From the human T2T-CHM13v2.0 reference genome, Homo sapiens, in the NCBI RefSeq assembly GCF_009914755.1, contig NC_060938.1: DNA of 64,000 bases; one strand, written 5' to 3'. Made by a program: the position numbers and the translations under genes. This document shows positions 22,034 through 36,410 of the stretch, piece after piece. Below the pieces are notes generated by a model. It did not search any database, had not been told where the DNA came from, and saw only the letters and a list, made by a program, of their open reading frames with translations. Numbering within the stretch: position 1 is the first letter of the stretch; the number at the start of each line of letters is the position of its first letter.

Positions 22034-22337
22034 GGCCAGGCATGGTGGCTCACACCTGTAATCCCAGCACTTTGGGAGGACGAGGCAGACGGATTGCCTG
22101 AGCTCAGAAGTTCGAGACCAGCCTGGCCAACATGGCGAAACCCTGTATCTACTAAAAATGCAAAAAATTAGTCAGACATCGTGGCGCATGTCTGTAATCC
22201 CAGCTACTCAGGAGGCCAAGGCAAGAGAATTGCTTGAACCCGGGAGACAGAAGTTGCAGTGAGTGGAGATCAGGCCACTACACTCCAGCTTGTGTGACAG
22301 AGCAAGAGTCTGTCTTTAAAAACAAAACAAAACAAAA
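22034..22337 (+). mobile_element. Alu
   Basis: Alu consensus; TTGTGGATCCAG flanking duplication. Confidence 0.9.
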
Positions 22338-22565
22338 TTGTGGATCCAGTTGAGGGATGAGAAGTTCAAGGAAACAACCTGAAAATTAATATTTTGTTAT
22401 TGCTTCACTGAACAAAATCATGTAACTGAAGTTAATCTTTCATAAGCTCTTGAAATTATGAATCTTGTTTAGAGAAAAACTATAGTTTCATGAGCTTTTT
22501 AAAGCAGGATATTGTTATTTTAGTTATATAGTTATCTTTTTTTGGTAACCTAAAGCAAACAGTGA

Positions 22566-22873
<308 letters not shown>

Positions 22874-25800
22874 AAATGGTTTTACATTTCTTTATCTATA
22901 AAGTGAGGGAATTAGACAAGTTGATTTCTAAACGATTTTTCAATATTGAAATTAAATGAGTTTAACATGATAAATTATTGTGTCATGCTGTGGGTTGATT
23001 TAGTGTTTTTAAAAGTTAAATGTTTGAAACTAATATTTTAATATATAAATGTTTTTAAAGATAGCTCTATCATTTAAAAATTATGTTTAATATCAGTAGG
23101 TTTAATATAACAAATTTATGAAAACAGAAAACATGGCCAATTTTAAATCTTTATTAACTGAAACATAAGAGAATGTACTATTTCAAGCTAAAGGTGAACT
23201 AAGTATTTAGGAAGAGAGTTTGTTTTTTCAATCTCATGTAAAACAAAAAGTATGTGAGACAAATCTCAATCAGTTTAGAAGTTTATTGTGCCACGATTGA
23301 AGACACACCCAGGAGACAGATCTGTGCCTTTCTCCACAGATGATTTTGAGGGCTTCAATATTTAAAGGGGCAAAGCAGGCTGGAGGGGAAATAGGAAGTG
23401 TAGGGTCACATTACTGAATCCACAGGTTGCAAGATAAAACCACATAGGGGAATAGTGAATTATGTATTCGTCTTATGCTCAGTAAATCTGTGCTGTACAC
23501 AAGATAAGGTGATAGAGTGGAGATATTTGACCTTTATCTGTAGCTATCTGCTTAGGAACTAAAGGAAAGGCAGTTGCTTGCATGACTCAGCTTTCAGCTT
23601 AAATTTTTCCATTTGGCCTAGTGAATTGGAGTCCCGAGTTTCTATTTTCCTTTCACATTTCTCCCCACTTTTCTTTTTAAAATCTTTCAGATAAAGCATT
23701 TTAGAAGAAAATGACTCTCTGGTCTTGGGTTTTGTCTGATCTTTTGTGGCTAGGACAGTTTATTCCTAGACGAATAGGTCTCATGTTGTTAGGAAGCTAA
23801 TTTTTTGGCAGGTTGTGAAGTCTCATGTCCTACAAAGAGAACATAGGGGGAGGAAGAAAAAAAAAAAAAAGAACAATCCTGGAAAACTGACAAAGGCCAT
23901 ATTACTCTGAAGTCCATTCATCAGTAGGCAGGTATGAAAATGGTTTATGTATATAAATAGGTTGCTATTGTTTTCTTCTGAAGTTTAAGTTGTCTAGCTT
24001 CAGTTCACAGGGCTTTAAGAAAAGCAAAGCTTAATTTTTAGTGATTTCAAATCAGGAAAAATGGAAAAAAAGAAGGAAAAGAAATAAGGAAAAGAAATTG
24101 AAAACATTATTTTGGAGAGTCATAGCCAGCAAAAATTTTAGAATTCAGTCCAAATTGTAGAAAATAATAAAAATGAAAACATTAGGCAAGGCTGGAGTCT
24201 AATAACAGGTATACTATAATTTAATTTGAACAGGATTTTTCTCTCTCCAATAACCCAATTTTACTTAAAATCATAGAAGGACCAACTTACTTGTAAAATA
24301 CATTTTAGACCTATTACACTTGGCTTGATTATTTGCATAAAGTACAGCAAGAATAATCATTTGTTATACAGGCTCTCTCCCTTTTTTTTTTTAAATTGGC
24401 TTTGCTGGAAACTTTTTTTTATAAGGAATCTAAGATTTAGACTTTCTTAAAAGCCTTGAGCCCAGCCGAGGATTTATCTGTGCCTTCAAATACCTGTGTG
24501 AATTGGGTGAATTCTTCTCTTTTTGAGGTCCCAAGAAAACTTGGGGTTCCTGGGCCTGTCACCAAGTGACATTCTTTACTTACCACAGATCAGGACCCTG
24601 TAAAGAACAAGGTATGAGGCCAGTTTTTCCAAGGGGCTCCAGTTATGCACTTGTATAAAAGAAAATACATTCTTATTGAAGTTATGCAAATAACTGTATT
24701 TTCATAAATTAAGAATTCTCACAAATTAGTTACCAAATTTTGTCAAGATCAGGTTGAGTGAAAGGAATTATGTTTTAAATTTTTCTCATAAGAGTATATG
24801 TTACTGAATTGTTAAAAGCTGCAAATAGCCTAAAAGAAGAAAAAGTTTTCTTGACTTTGAAAAACAAAAAGAATCAGCAAATGTGTTAAACAAAAAGTCA
24901 TAAAAGATTATTTCCAGTCTGCTACTAGTTCATCCCATGCAGTTAACTCCTACTGTGCTCAATATTGGATCAGCAAACCTCATGAATACATCAGCTCTTC
25001 ATGAGAGTGCTGGAAGTTTTCCTCTTTATTCCAATGGCACCATCTCTAAATTTATCCATAAATCTATATCTAAGAGTACTCCTTAGAGTTCTATAGCTGA
25101 TTATAAACTGCCTTATAAAAGGATCAAAGTAAAACAACAATTGTGGATGACAAAAGTCTTAGAACAGCCATGGTTAAAGACACAACTGACAAGGAAATTT
25201 AGTTACTTCTTTGGCATACAATAGTTTTACATAATCATAATTACTACTGATAACATACACTAAAACATCAGAATCACAGGAATCTCTTATGATTTTGGCA
25301 CATATACTAATAACACATTTATATAAATGCAGTCCAAAGAAGGCTAAACAAAATTTCATATTTGACAATACTTCCTGTATGAATTTATTATACCAAACAA
25401 GCCAAATGTGTCTCTTGGACTTAAGGGTGCTTAATACCAAAAAAATTAATGAAGACCGAATTTAGAATTTGATTTTGGAAAGTTTGTCAAATATAAAGAG
25501 TTTAAAATACTTGATATTGCAAAATAGGATCACAGGTCATTGTAAAATAAGTCATTCATTTAGCCAAAGTGATAAGATTTTGTTTAAAAGGCAAAAATCT
25601 TTATTCTTTGAGAGGGGAGACTTAATTCCTCAAACAATACGCCAAAATAAAGACAGCATAAGGCCAATTAAACCTGTCTCTCAAATCTTATAAACCTATT
25701 AAATTTTAATCATCTCGACCATAAGATGGAATTTCCATAAACCTTTTTATAGTCTTTTATAATTTTTTTTTTTGGTTAAAAAGTGGGTTAATGCTCCAAG

Positions 25801-26173
25801 AAAACCTTGTTAATCTGACATGGGGCCCAGATGCTGGTCTTGCATTAGTGTACCTTTGGTACTAATGTTTAATTTATAGAGAAACTTTGAACTAATTTTC
25901 TCTCTCAAAATCAGCCCTTACCATCTTATGCACCCACCTCTTTCAGGATAGTCCCTGGGCCTAGAGTGGTTGAATAGTTTTAATTTCTGGCCCTGTGCCT
26001 CATGAATGCAGTTCATGATGTAATAACCTTAATTTAAAACCTTAAATCACCTTAAATTTAAAAATGTTTTAATCTCAGTTTTCCTAAGGCAAACTCCCCT
26101 CTCCCGTCGTACAAAACAAACAACGCACCACCTTCTGCAGTGTGATTGCTTTTCAATATGGGGAGTACATTTA

Positions 26174-26481
<308 letters not shown>

Positions 26482-27031
26482 AAAACCTTAAATTACCTTA
26501 AATTAAAAAATGTTTTTATCTCAGTTTTCCTAAGGCAAACAAAAAACAACAACAACAAAAACCCCACCACCTCCTGCAGTGTGATTGCTTTTCAATGTGG
26601 GGAGTACATTTAGACAACCCACAAGTCAAAACTAATGAGAAGGATACTTAAATAGAAGGAATATGTCCTGAGTTGTAAGTGAAGGCTTTCGGTTTCATAA
26701 AATAATTTAGATATATTAAGCCAAGAGCATAGAATGTTATATTGAAAGAAAACATTTCCTTCAGACCTTTAAGATAAAACATTTTTAGCATCAGGTCACA
26801 ACAGCAATTAAAACCTGAGGAAAAAAGAGGAGCTGGAGCAACTTATTATCTCAGGTCTTCTCCAAGGGGAGAGAAAGCTGAAAACAGAGAGACACAATAA
26901 AAGTTAAACTTTTGGGTCAAACAAAAAATTTTGTATATTAAAGGAACAACTCAGATGAAAACCAGATAGTGAAATTGACATCTCAAAATATAGAGAGAAA
27001 GTCGGTGGGCTAGAAGGCAATTAAAAATTGA

Positions 27032-27368
<337 letters not shown>

Positions 27369-30300
27369 CTACCATAGGATTATATAAAGAGACCAATTTT
27401 ATTTAGATTGCTAGTTTTAAATTTAGTCTCTATCTAGATTTCTGAGCTCTGGGCAGAGCCCACACTGAAACCCTGGTTCTCCAAAGAGAAAGATATCATG
27501 GGCCTATTCCGAAGAGACTAGGCCATGTAGTGCTTTTACAGTGCATTTTGTTACAAAGACTTTTCTGTAAGTCTCTAAACTATGTCCTTTCTTAAACACC
27601 CAAGAGCAGCCCCTGTGGTAATAACTATTTTAGTAAAAAAAACAAAAAAAAAAAAAACAAAGGTAACAATACAAAAGCAGGCAGTTTAAAAATCTGAGAA
27701 ACTTGTCTGTTTACACTCTTGGGGTATCATAAGGAAAAACAGAGCTTCTCCCTAAAAAGGAGTCTGGCATCTTCTTTGTTTTCATTAAGGAATCCTAGGC
27801 TGTTAGAAATTGTTTTAGGTCCTTCATGCAGCAGAAGGTGGTAAGAGGAAGGAAAGATAGGCAGAAGTAAATGGAGAAGACAGAATTCAGTCTACTGAGA
27901 AGAAATAAAACCTTTTTCTCAAAAAAGATTCTAGGAGAGAAAGAAAGCATAAAGGCCTTTTAAATACACACACACACATCTTGATAGCAGCTTTTAAGGT
28001 GACTTTCAACCATCAAACTGTTTAAAACATCCTTTTATATCTCATTACCATATTTTAGCTGGGACAAATTGCTTATATTTAAAAAGTAACATAAATATGA
28101 AAATATAAAGCCAGAAAGGACTTGATTTAAGGACCAATCCCAGCTGTCATGGTGAAAAAAGGGCAAAAGAATGAACCACACTGTGGGGCGATGGCCGAAG
28201 CTCTTTCGGTTTCGCTTGGCTAGCAAAAGGTGGCCTTGTTACATAAATAAAGTCCCTGTGTAGTCAATCTTTTTTCTTTTGCTGGCTGTTTTTTTTTTTC
28301 TTTTTCTTTTTTTTCCCCAGCTGTGGGAATCTAACCAATTCAGAGGCCTTATTCCTCCTAATTTGGAATGTTCCTTTGCATTTGATCAAGTCAGGTAGAG
28401 TTGGTCAAACCCAATGGGAAAAAGACTGAAAAAACAAAAACAAAAAAACCAGAAACAAATCAACAACAACAACAAGAACAATTAAACAACACAAATGATG
28501 CTTGCACAATTTATATGACTACTGAGCTCTTAATGGTAAGGAGAAATTAAGACTAGCTGGTTGTTAATCTTAACCTTTAGTTATTAAGGAGAATTTCTAA
28601 GACAAACCCTAGTTCAGCTAACTAGGAATGGGGTCCAGGCTAAAGACTGTTCTCTAGTGTCCTAGAAGCAGGAAAAAAACTCAAACTTGCCTTCCCTATT
28701 GGAAGCAAGCTGAAACTCCAGAAAGATACTGCCTGCTCTCCATCGTCAGGGAAGCAGGAAAACTCACCTTTCTTGTTGGAAGCGAGTAAAACTCCAGAAA
28801 AGGAGTTGTACAGCAAAATAAACCTTAGATCTCAATCAAATTTTGGGAGATCAGGGATTCTCTGGAAGGGAGAGCTCACAGGCCTCAGCAAATCATCCTA
28901 TTTGAGCAATAAAGACAGCCCAAGCTGGTACCAAGCATCGATAGGAAATTTGTTAAAGGTCAGGGGGACCTCCACTGAGCCCCTTCCTGGTCACAAATTT
29001 GTAAACCAAAAAGTTCCTGAGACAAGTCTCAACCAATGCAGAAGTTTGTTTTGCCAAGGTTGAGGACATGCCCAGGAGACAGCTTTGTACCTTTCTGCAA
29101 AGATGATTTTGAGGGCTTCAGTATTTAAAGGGGAAAAGCAGGCTGGAGGGGAAATTGGGAGAGTATGGTCACGTTACTGAATCCACATGTTACAAGAAAA
29201 AAGGAGCAGGTAGGGGAATAGTCAATTATGCATTTGTCTCGTGCTCAGTAATTCTGCGCTGTACACAAGATAAGGTGAACATAGAGTGGAGATATTTGAC
29301 CTTTATCTGTAGCTACTGCTTAGGAACAAAAGGAAAAGCAGTTGCTTGTATGACTCTGCTTTCAGCTTCAGTTTTTCCTTTAGGATAGTGAATTGGAGTC
29401 CAGACTTTTTATTTTCCTTTCACACTCATAAGAGATGTCTAGTAACAAAAATGTGTTCTAGTTTATTATTTGAAATACTATTTATTATTTATAATTAGGT
29501 ACAATAACAAGATAAGAATTGGACACTCTTTACTAATTGAACAGCTTTTAGACATATATCTGCTATGGCCACAGTTTTTTTTTTTTTTTTTTTTTTTTTG
29601 GTAAGAGATATAACTTTTGTTTTTTACAGTAGGCCTTCTGTGGGTCCTGATACAATTCCCAAACAATGGTGGAAATTATAAAGAAACAGATGATATGACT
29701 ATTACCTGTAAATCATGACCAGAAATATAATACAGACCTACTTCATTTTATTACACTTCATTGTGCCTCACAGATACTGTGGTTTCTTGTTTGTTTGTTT
29801 TAACACATTGAAGGTTTGTGGCAACTCTGTTGAGCAAGTCTATCAGCACCATTTTCCCAACAGTTTGTTCTTGCTTTGTGTCTCTGTGTGACACTTTGGT
29901 AACTCTCATAATATTTTAGACTTTGCATTATTATTGTATCTGTTATGGTTATCTATGATCAGTCATCTTTGATGCTACTATTGTTATTTTGGTGTACCAC
30001 AAACCACATCTATAGAAAATAGCTAACTGAATTGACAGATGTATGTGTTCTGACTACTTTCCCCATCTCTCTCCCTCTCCTTGAGCCTCCCTACTTCCTA
30101 AGATACAATCATTAAAATTAGGCCTATGACTAACCCTACAGTGACCTCTACGTGTTCAGGTGATAGGAAAAGTCCTATGTCTCTCACTTCAAATCAAAAG
30201 CTAGAAATGATTGTTTCATGAGGAAGGCATGTTGAAACTAGGCCTCTTGTGCCAAACAGCCAAGTTGTGAATGCAAAGGAGAAGTTCTTGAAGGAAAGTA

Positions 30301-31125
30301 TAGGTGCTACTTCATTGAACACATGAATGATAAGAAAGTGAAATGGCCTTATTGTTGATATGGAGAAAATTTTAGTGGTCTGGATAGAAGATGAAACCAG
30401 CCACAGCATTCTCTTAAGCCAACATCTAATCCAGAGCAAAGCCCTCACTCTCTTCAAGTCTATGAAGGATGAGAGAGGTGAGGAAGCTGCAGGAGAAAAG
30501 TTTGATGCTAGCAGAGGTTGGTTCATGAGGTTTAGATAAAGAAGTCATCTCCCTAAAAATGCAAGATGAATCAGCAGGTGCTGATGTAGAAGCTGCAGCA
30601 AGTTATCCAGAACGTCTAGCTAAGCTCATTGATGAAGGTGGCTACACTAAACAGCAGATTTTCAGTGTAGACAAAAACAGCCTTCTGTTGCAAGAAGAAG
30701 CCATCTAGGACTTTGATAGCTAGAGAGAAGTCAATGCCTGACTTCAAAGCTTCAAAGGGCAGACTGACTCTCTTGTTAGAGGTTAATGCAACTGGTCACT
30801 TTAAGCTGAAGCCATTTGCAATTCCAAAAATCCTAGGGTCCTTAAGAATTATGTTAAATCTGCTCTGCCTGTGCTCCATAAATGGAACAACAAAGTGTGG
30901 ATGTCAGCACGTCTGTATACAGCATGGTTTACTCAATATTTTAAGCCCACGACCTACTGCTCAGAAAAAGGCTCCTTTTAAAATTACTTCTCATTGACAA
31001 TGCACCTGGTTATTAAGGAGCTCTGATGGAGATGTGCAAGGAAATTCATGTTTTCATGCCTGTGAACACAACACCCATTCTGCAGCCCATGGATCAAAGG
31101 GTAATTTCGACTTTCAAGTCTTATT

Positions 31126-33748
31126 TTTTTAATTTTTTTTTAAGTTCAATGTGGTTTTATTTAAACGTTTACAGCTGAAGGAGGGGTCTGATCTTTTGTT
31201 AGATGAAACCAATTTTCACAGTATATATTTGGCCATTTTAGCTTTGTAGTGAATAATAACAGAAAATGAAGTTTCTGTTCAAGATCCTCACTCCGGCACA
31301 CTCAGCCAGGTGCCTGGCAAGATGACACATTTCCTGGTCTGAAGCTCACAGCCAGTCCTCTCACCTAAGTGGAACACCAATTCTCCAGACATACATACAT
31401 GTGCACGCGCACACTCACACACACACACACATCTTATTTTCACTGCTCTACACAGCGCCCTGAGAATCCTTAATTTTAAAGTTGGGAAAAACGTGAAAGG
31501 ATTCCTTAACTCATTGTCTGTGACAAATCCAACTACCTTTTAACTCTTAACAATTGCAAGTATAAAATACTTGAAATTTATGAGATGCTCCATTTAATGG
31601 AACAACTCAAATGCTAAAAAATTAGGTCAAGTAACATGCTTTAATATTTCTAAATGTTACTTAAAACTTATTAAGACAAGATAGCAGCACATTCTTGGTA
31701 TTATAAACTCCTACTGACGACTGCTACTTGATGGCCAAAACATCTAAAAAAAGAAGAAACCATACTGGTATACAACAATGTCTGCAGGGAATGTCATGTT
31801 GTACATTTTGTTAACTGAAATTAAACCTGACAAACCCAAAGATCTACAAAACCAACACCCATGTCATTTTAAATGATGAGGTAGGTTGTTTCCTATGCAG
31901 TAAAGTGAAGATAACAAAAAAATCCACACAACTTCCAAATCCTCTTTAAAAAAAAAAGTTCAGGTTATACTCACTTGCACAAACAAGACATTCATAAACT
32001 ATAAGGTGGAGAGGTCATACTCAGGCAGGTTCTGTACTTGATGTGTTACTTGGAGATTCAATCATCAGTCTTGGGTCAATCAACTCTCTCCAAAATACAG
32101 TGATCTTGCTCTCCTGTGTCACAGCGTAGTCCACTATCTCTGTTCCATTTTCATTGTGATAAACCAAATCAAATTTCCCAGGTTCTCTCAAGGCGGGTAA
32201 GGATGAAACAATTTCTATATCTACTTGCTGGGTCTCTGGATTGGGGCTTAATATTCTTCTGGATGTTAGTTCTAAAAGCTTAAATGCAATCTTTTCTTCA
32301 ACTTGAGGGGCAGCTGCTAACAGTGGTAACAGACTATAGTCCTTCTTACGTGTCTCTACCGGATTCTGGATAATAGTAGATGAATTTGTTACCAGGTCAT
32401 TTAATTGCTGTTGCCTCTGGTTCTCAGTGCTTCTATTTACAACACAGGAAACAGGATGCCCTTGTCCTCGACCTCTCCCCCGCATGCCCCGTCCCCTAGC
32501 TCCCTTTCAAGAAAAAAGGTTATCTCCTCTACCCCATCTTCTTCCTAAACTGGTGGGGAGAGACACACTGAGAGGAGGACCAGGAGCCTGTCCGCCACCA
32601 TTTGAGCAAGAACGCCTCCATCCAGCAGCACCTACAGTCTGTCATGACAACTCTGGGCCCGGACAACCTCTTCTTGCAAAAAGGCCTACTGTCTTTAAGA
32701 AACCCGCAGCACACTCCAGGGTGCTTGATGACATCAAGCATTGGTCATCTGACTCTGAACTAGAGTCTGAAATAGGAAGATGTTGTTCCAGAGGTCTTGC
32801 CCTTGCTGGGGGTAAGGCTAAAGCCAGATTTTATACCCAGTTTGTCTGCAGTTGTATTTTTGGTAGAGGGTCCTTCCTTTGATAACTCAGTCGGTAATTT
32901 CTCTGAGGAATTTCTGGCCTCCAAAGTGACTGTGCTGGGACCATCACTGATAGCTTCATCACAAGACTCAGACTCCGAGGAGGAACTGGGACTCTCTTTT
33001 GAGCAAACGCTTACACTACGTTTCCTTTTGGCTTTAACAAGGCTGTTTCTAGCAGAACCTTTTGGAGAACTACATCTCTGATTGGCCCAGTCTTTTACTG
33101 CCTGTACTTCAGGAGACTTGGGATTCTTGGCCTTTTTTTTTATATTCACATTTCTCCTTTTTCTTTGGTGATTTTCTTTTGGTCTCTTTGTTATCATCAC
33201 CTGCTGTGCCACAGTGGGCTTTCTTTTTTCTTTTTTTTCTTTTTTTTTGGCTGGCAGTCTGATCTGTGACAGCTTTTGGTTCCAGATCAAAGACCTTCTC
33301 ATTATTGTTATTGTTTTCTTGCCTCTTCCAATGCTTCTTTGAATATTTGTAATCTGGTTCAGTTTCTTCATCCTCCTCTAACTGAAATGCCCGCTTCTTT
33401 GCTTTTCTAAGTGATAGATTAGTGTCACCATTACTGATGACCATAGAATTCTCAGCAACTCCTCTCTCTTCTACTTTAACTCTGAGGCGGTCGTTCTCTC
33501 TCACCAGGCGCACGCTCTCCGCCCGGGGCAGGAGCCCCGGCTTCAGGTAGGGGCCTAGGAGGGCCCCAGAAATGAAGCCGAAGCATTGGCGGATGAGACT
33601 AACGAGATCTGTGACGACTCGTATCTGTTCAAGTGGAACAGAAGCCAGAAGGCCCTACAGTGCCGGGTAGCTGGCGGCGGGTAATCAAATTGAAGCCTTG
33701 GCCTAACTGTCTCGGAGGCTGCCATCTTGCTTGGTGCTCAACGGAAGC
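31126..33748 (-). pseudogene. COILP1: Coilin processed pseudogene 1
   Basis: ATG at 33723-33725 gives [20 protein letters not shown]; internal fragments include ENNNNNEKV and the RG box; C-terminus ...[11 protein letters not shown] ends at 32021. Several frameshifts, no introns, full 3'UTR with AATAAA at 31156-31161, A-tail at ~31126-31141, and TSD CGACTTTCAAG(T/C)CTTATT at 31108-31125 and 33749-33766. Confidence 0.95.
33508..33575 (+). CDS. MIA2: Probable alternative terminal coding exon of upstream MIA2/CTAGE5, encoding (S)[21 protein letters not shown]
   Basis: Acceptor TCGTTCTCTCTCACCAG ends at 33507, followed by 2 nt, 21 codons and TGA (33573-33575). The peptide matches my recollection of a cTAGE5 isoform C-terminus. 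The upstream donor lies outside the window. Confidence 0.7.
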
Positions 33749-35146
33749 CGACTTTCAAGCCTTATTGTTTAAGGAATACATTTTATAAGACTATAGCTAC
33801 CATAGATAGTATTTCATCTGATGGATTTGGGAAAAGTAAAGTGAAAACCTCAAAAGGATTCACCCTTCTAGATGCCATTCAGAGTATTTGTGATTCATGG
33901 GAGGAGATTAAAGTATCAACATTAACTGGACTTTGTAAGGAGTGGATTCCATGTTTAAGGAGTCCATTCCATGGAATCCATGGAATGATTTTGAGGGGTC
34001 TAAGACATCAGGGGAAGAGGTCACCGCATATGTGGTGGAAGTAGCAAGAGAACTAGAATCAGAAGTGGAGCCTGACAATGTGACTAAAGTGCTGCTGCAA
34101 TCTCATGATAAAACTTGAACAAATGAGGAATTGCTTCTATGGATCAGTAAAAAAAGTGTGTTTTTGAGATGGAATTTACTCCTGGTGAAGATGCTGTGAA
34201 CATTGTTGAAATAACACAATACTTCAAATATTCCATACACTTAGTAGATAAAGCTGCCGCAGAGTTCGAGAGGATTGAGTCCAATTTTGAAAGAAGTTCT
34301 GTGGGGAAAAAGCTATAAAACATCATGGCATACTACAGAGAAAATGTCCACAAAAAGAAGGAATGGATGCGGCAGATTTCACTGTTGTCTCATTTAAGAA
34401 ATTGCCAGAGCCACCCAGCCTTCATCAACCACCACTGCCATCAGTCAGCAGCTATCAACATGGAGGTGATATCCTCCACCAGGAAAAAGATTATGACTCG
34501 CTGAAGGCTCAGATTATTATTAGCATTTTTTAGCAATATTTTAAAAGTTAAGGTCTGTACATTTTTTAGACATAATGCTATTGTACACCTAATACATTTC
34601 AGTATAAACATAACTTTTATGTGCATTGTGAAACCAAAAAGTTTGTGTGACTTGCTATATTGCATTATTCTCTTTATTGTAGTGGTCTGGAACTGAACCT
34701 GCAATATCTCCAAGGTAGGGCTGTACCATAATGCCGAGTTCCCCCATCTGCTAATCATTTATTGCCTTATGGAAAAACAATTGTTTTCATCAGAAATTAG
34801 AATTTAACTTTGGTCAATATACAAAGCTGTTGATAAAGTAAGGCATACCCATGTAGAGTATTTATTGACAGCTATCCAAACAATCTTACATTTTTTCCTT
34901 CATGTTTTTCTTTTCAAAGAGGCAGTTTTATTTTGCTGCATTGTTACTGTAATTTCAAACTTTATAGTTTAAACCTGTTTTTTCATGTCTTTCCATATCC
35001 CTTTAAGTCTAAATTTTATGTCCTTACCTGATTTCCCTCTGAAAAATGTTTTCCAGAGATGTAGTGATATTGTGATATTAATGCTAACCCAAATGTTAAT
35101 ATGCCATTCATTTGAGAAATATATTTGAGAGTCTTCTGTGTGCTAG

Positions 35147-35597
35147 TGTGTCTGGAATTGGTGGGTTCTTGGTCTTGCTGACTTCAAGAATGAAGCCGCA
35201 GACCCTCGTGGTGAGTGTTACAATTCTTAAAGATGGCGTGTCCGGAGTTTGTTCCTTCTGATGTTCGGACGTGTCCAAAGCTTCTTCCTTCTGGTGGGTT
35301 CCTGGTCTCGCTGGCTTCAGGAGTGAAGCTGCAGACCTTCGCAGTGAGTGTTACAGCTCTTAAAGGCGGCGGGTCTGGAGTTGTTCATTCCTTCCATCTG
35401 GAGTTGTTCGTCCCTCCCGGTGGGTTCGTGGTCTCACTTACTTCAAGAGTGAAGCTGCAGACCTTCCTGGTGAGTGTTACAGCTCATAAAGGTGGCACGG
35501 GCCCAAAGAGTGAGCAGCAGCAAGATTTATTGTGAAGAGCGAACGAACAAAGCTTCCACAGTGTGGAAGGGGACCCGAGCAGGTTGCTGCTGCTGGC
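35147..35597 (-). mobile_element. LTR12 (ERV9 LTR) fragment, R/U5 portion only
   Basis: Repeated GTGAAGCTGCAGACCTTC...GTGAGTGTTACAGCTC units typical of LTR12 U5; minus-strand AATAAA at 35526-35531. Confidence 0.85.
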
Positions 35598-35599
35598 CT

Positions 35600-36410
35600 G
35601 TACATCTGTGCGGAAAGAAATGGGCTTTCATTTTCAGGAAAAGAAACATGGCCAGTGTGATATGGAGTAGAGTGAGCACAGGAGAGCCTGAGAGATCAGG
35701 TCAAGAAGTAGACAGGGCAGGTCATGCCTATCTTTTTTTTTTTTTTCCCCAGTATCTGTGTGAGAGATAGGTTATGCCTATCTTGAAGGCCATGTTAGGA
35801 AGTTAGTATTTTATTCTAAGAACAACAAGATGCCAGTGGAATATTTTTATATGACCTAACGACATATAAAATGAAAAGCACTTTTATTTGTGTGTGGAGA
35901 ATGGACTGAAGGGGAGAAAGATGGAAAGTAAAGAAATAAACTGAAAGACTATTGAAATAGTACAGCTGAGAGACAGTGGTGGCAAGGAGAGATGGAGAAG
36001 GAAGAGAAGTGGATGACCTTAGGATATATTTTAAAGTTATAGCCAAGGGGTTGCTGGTGGATTAGATGTAGAGAGTGAGAGAAAAAAGGAATCAAGAGTG
36101 ACTCTTGGTTTTTGATTTGAGCAATTGGATGAACAATAATGCCATTTATGGAAATGGGAAACACTGGGGAGAAAAGTTCTGGAGGGGGTGAAAATCAAGA
36201 ATAGAGAATTCTTTTGAAGAATACAGAATAGAGATTAAGTTGGAGAGGCCCATTTAGTCATCCAAGTGGAGATACTAAGAAGGAAGTAAACTGTGAGTCT
36301 GGAGCTTATGGAGGAGGGCACTTTAGGGCTGGGGAAACTAATCTGGGAGTCATCAGCTTACAGGTAACCATGCCAGTGGATGAAATTATGTGGGGAGTGA
36401 ATGTAGAGTT
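35600..36410. mobile_element. L2 LINE fragment
   Basis: L2-like degenerate sequence (GTTGCTGGTGGATTAGATGT...GCCATTTATGGAAATGGG). Confidence 0.6.

Larger units (their letters stand above)
29733..34723 (+). mobile_element. Tigger1 DNA transposon, near full length, split by the COILP1 insertion
   Basis: TA at 29731-29732 and 34724-34725; CAG...CTG termini; transposase remnants ([21 protein letters not shown]; GFTLLDAIQSICDSWEEIKVSTLTG); ~2.36 kb once the pseudogene is removed. Confidence 0.88.

Noticed and set aside
32427-33081. Plus-strand 151-aa and 94-aa ORFs antisense to COILP1
   Set aside because: Non-ATG starts and no recognisable homology; explained as antisense shadows of decayed coilin coding sequence.
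30713-34044. Tigger1 transposase as a functional TIGD-like gene
   Set aside because: Multiple frameshifts and stops, and interrupted by COILP1.
35170-35490. Regularly spaced repeats superficially resembling a CRISPR array
   Set aside because: These are the known internal tandem units of LTR12 U5 in a human sequence.
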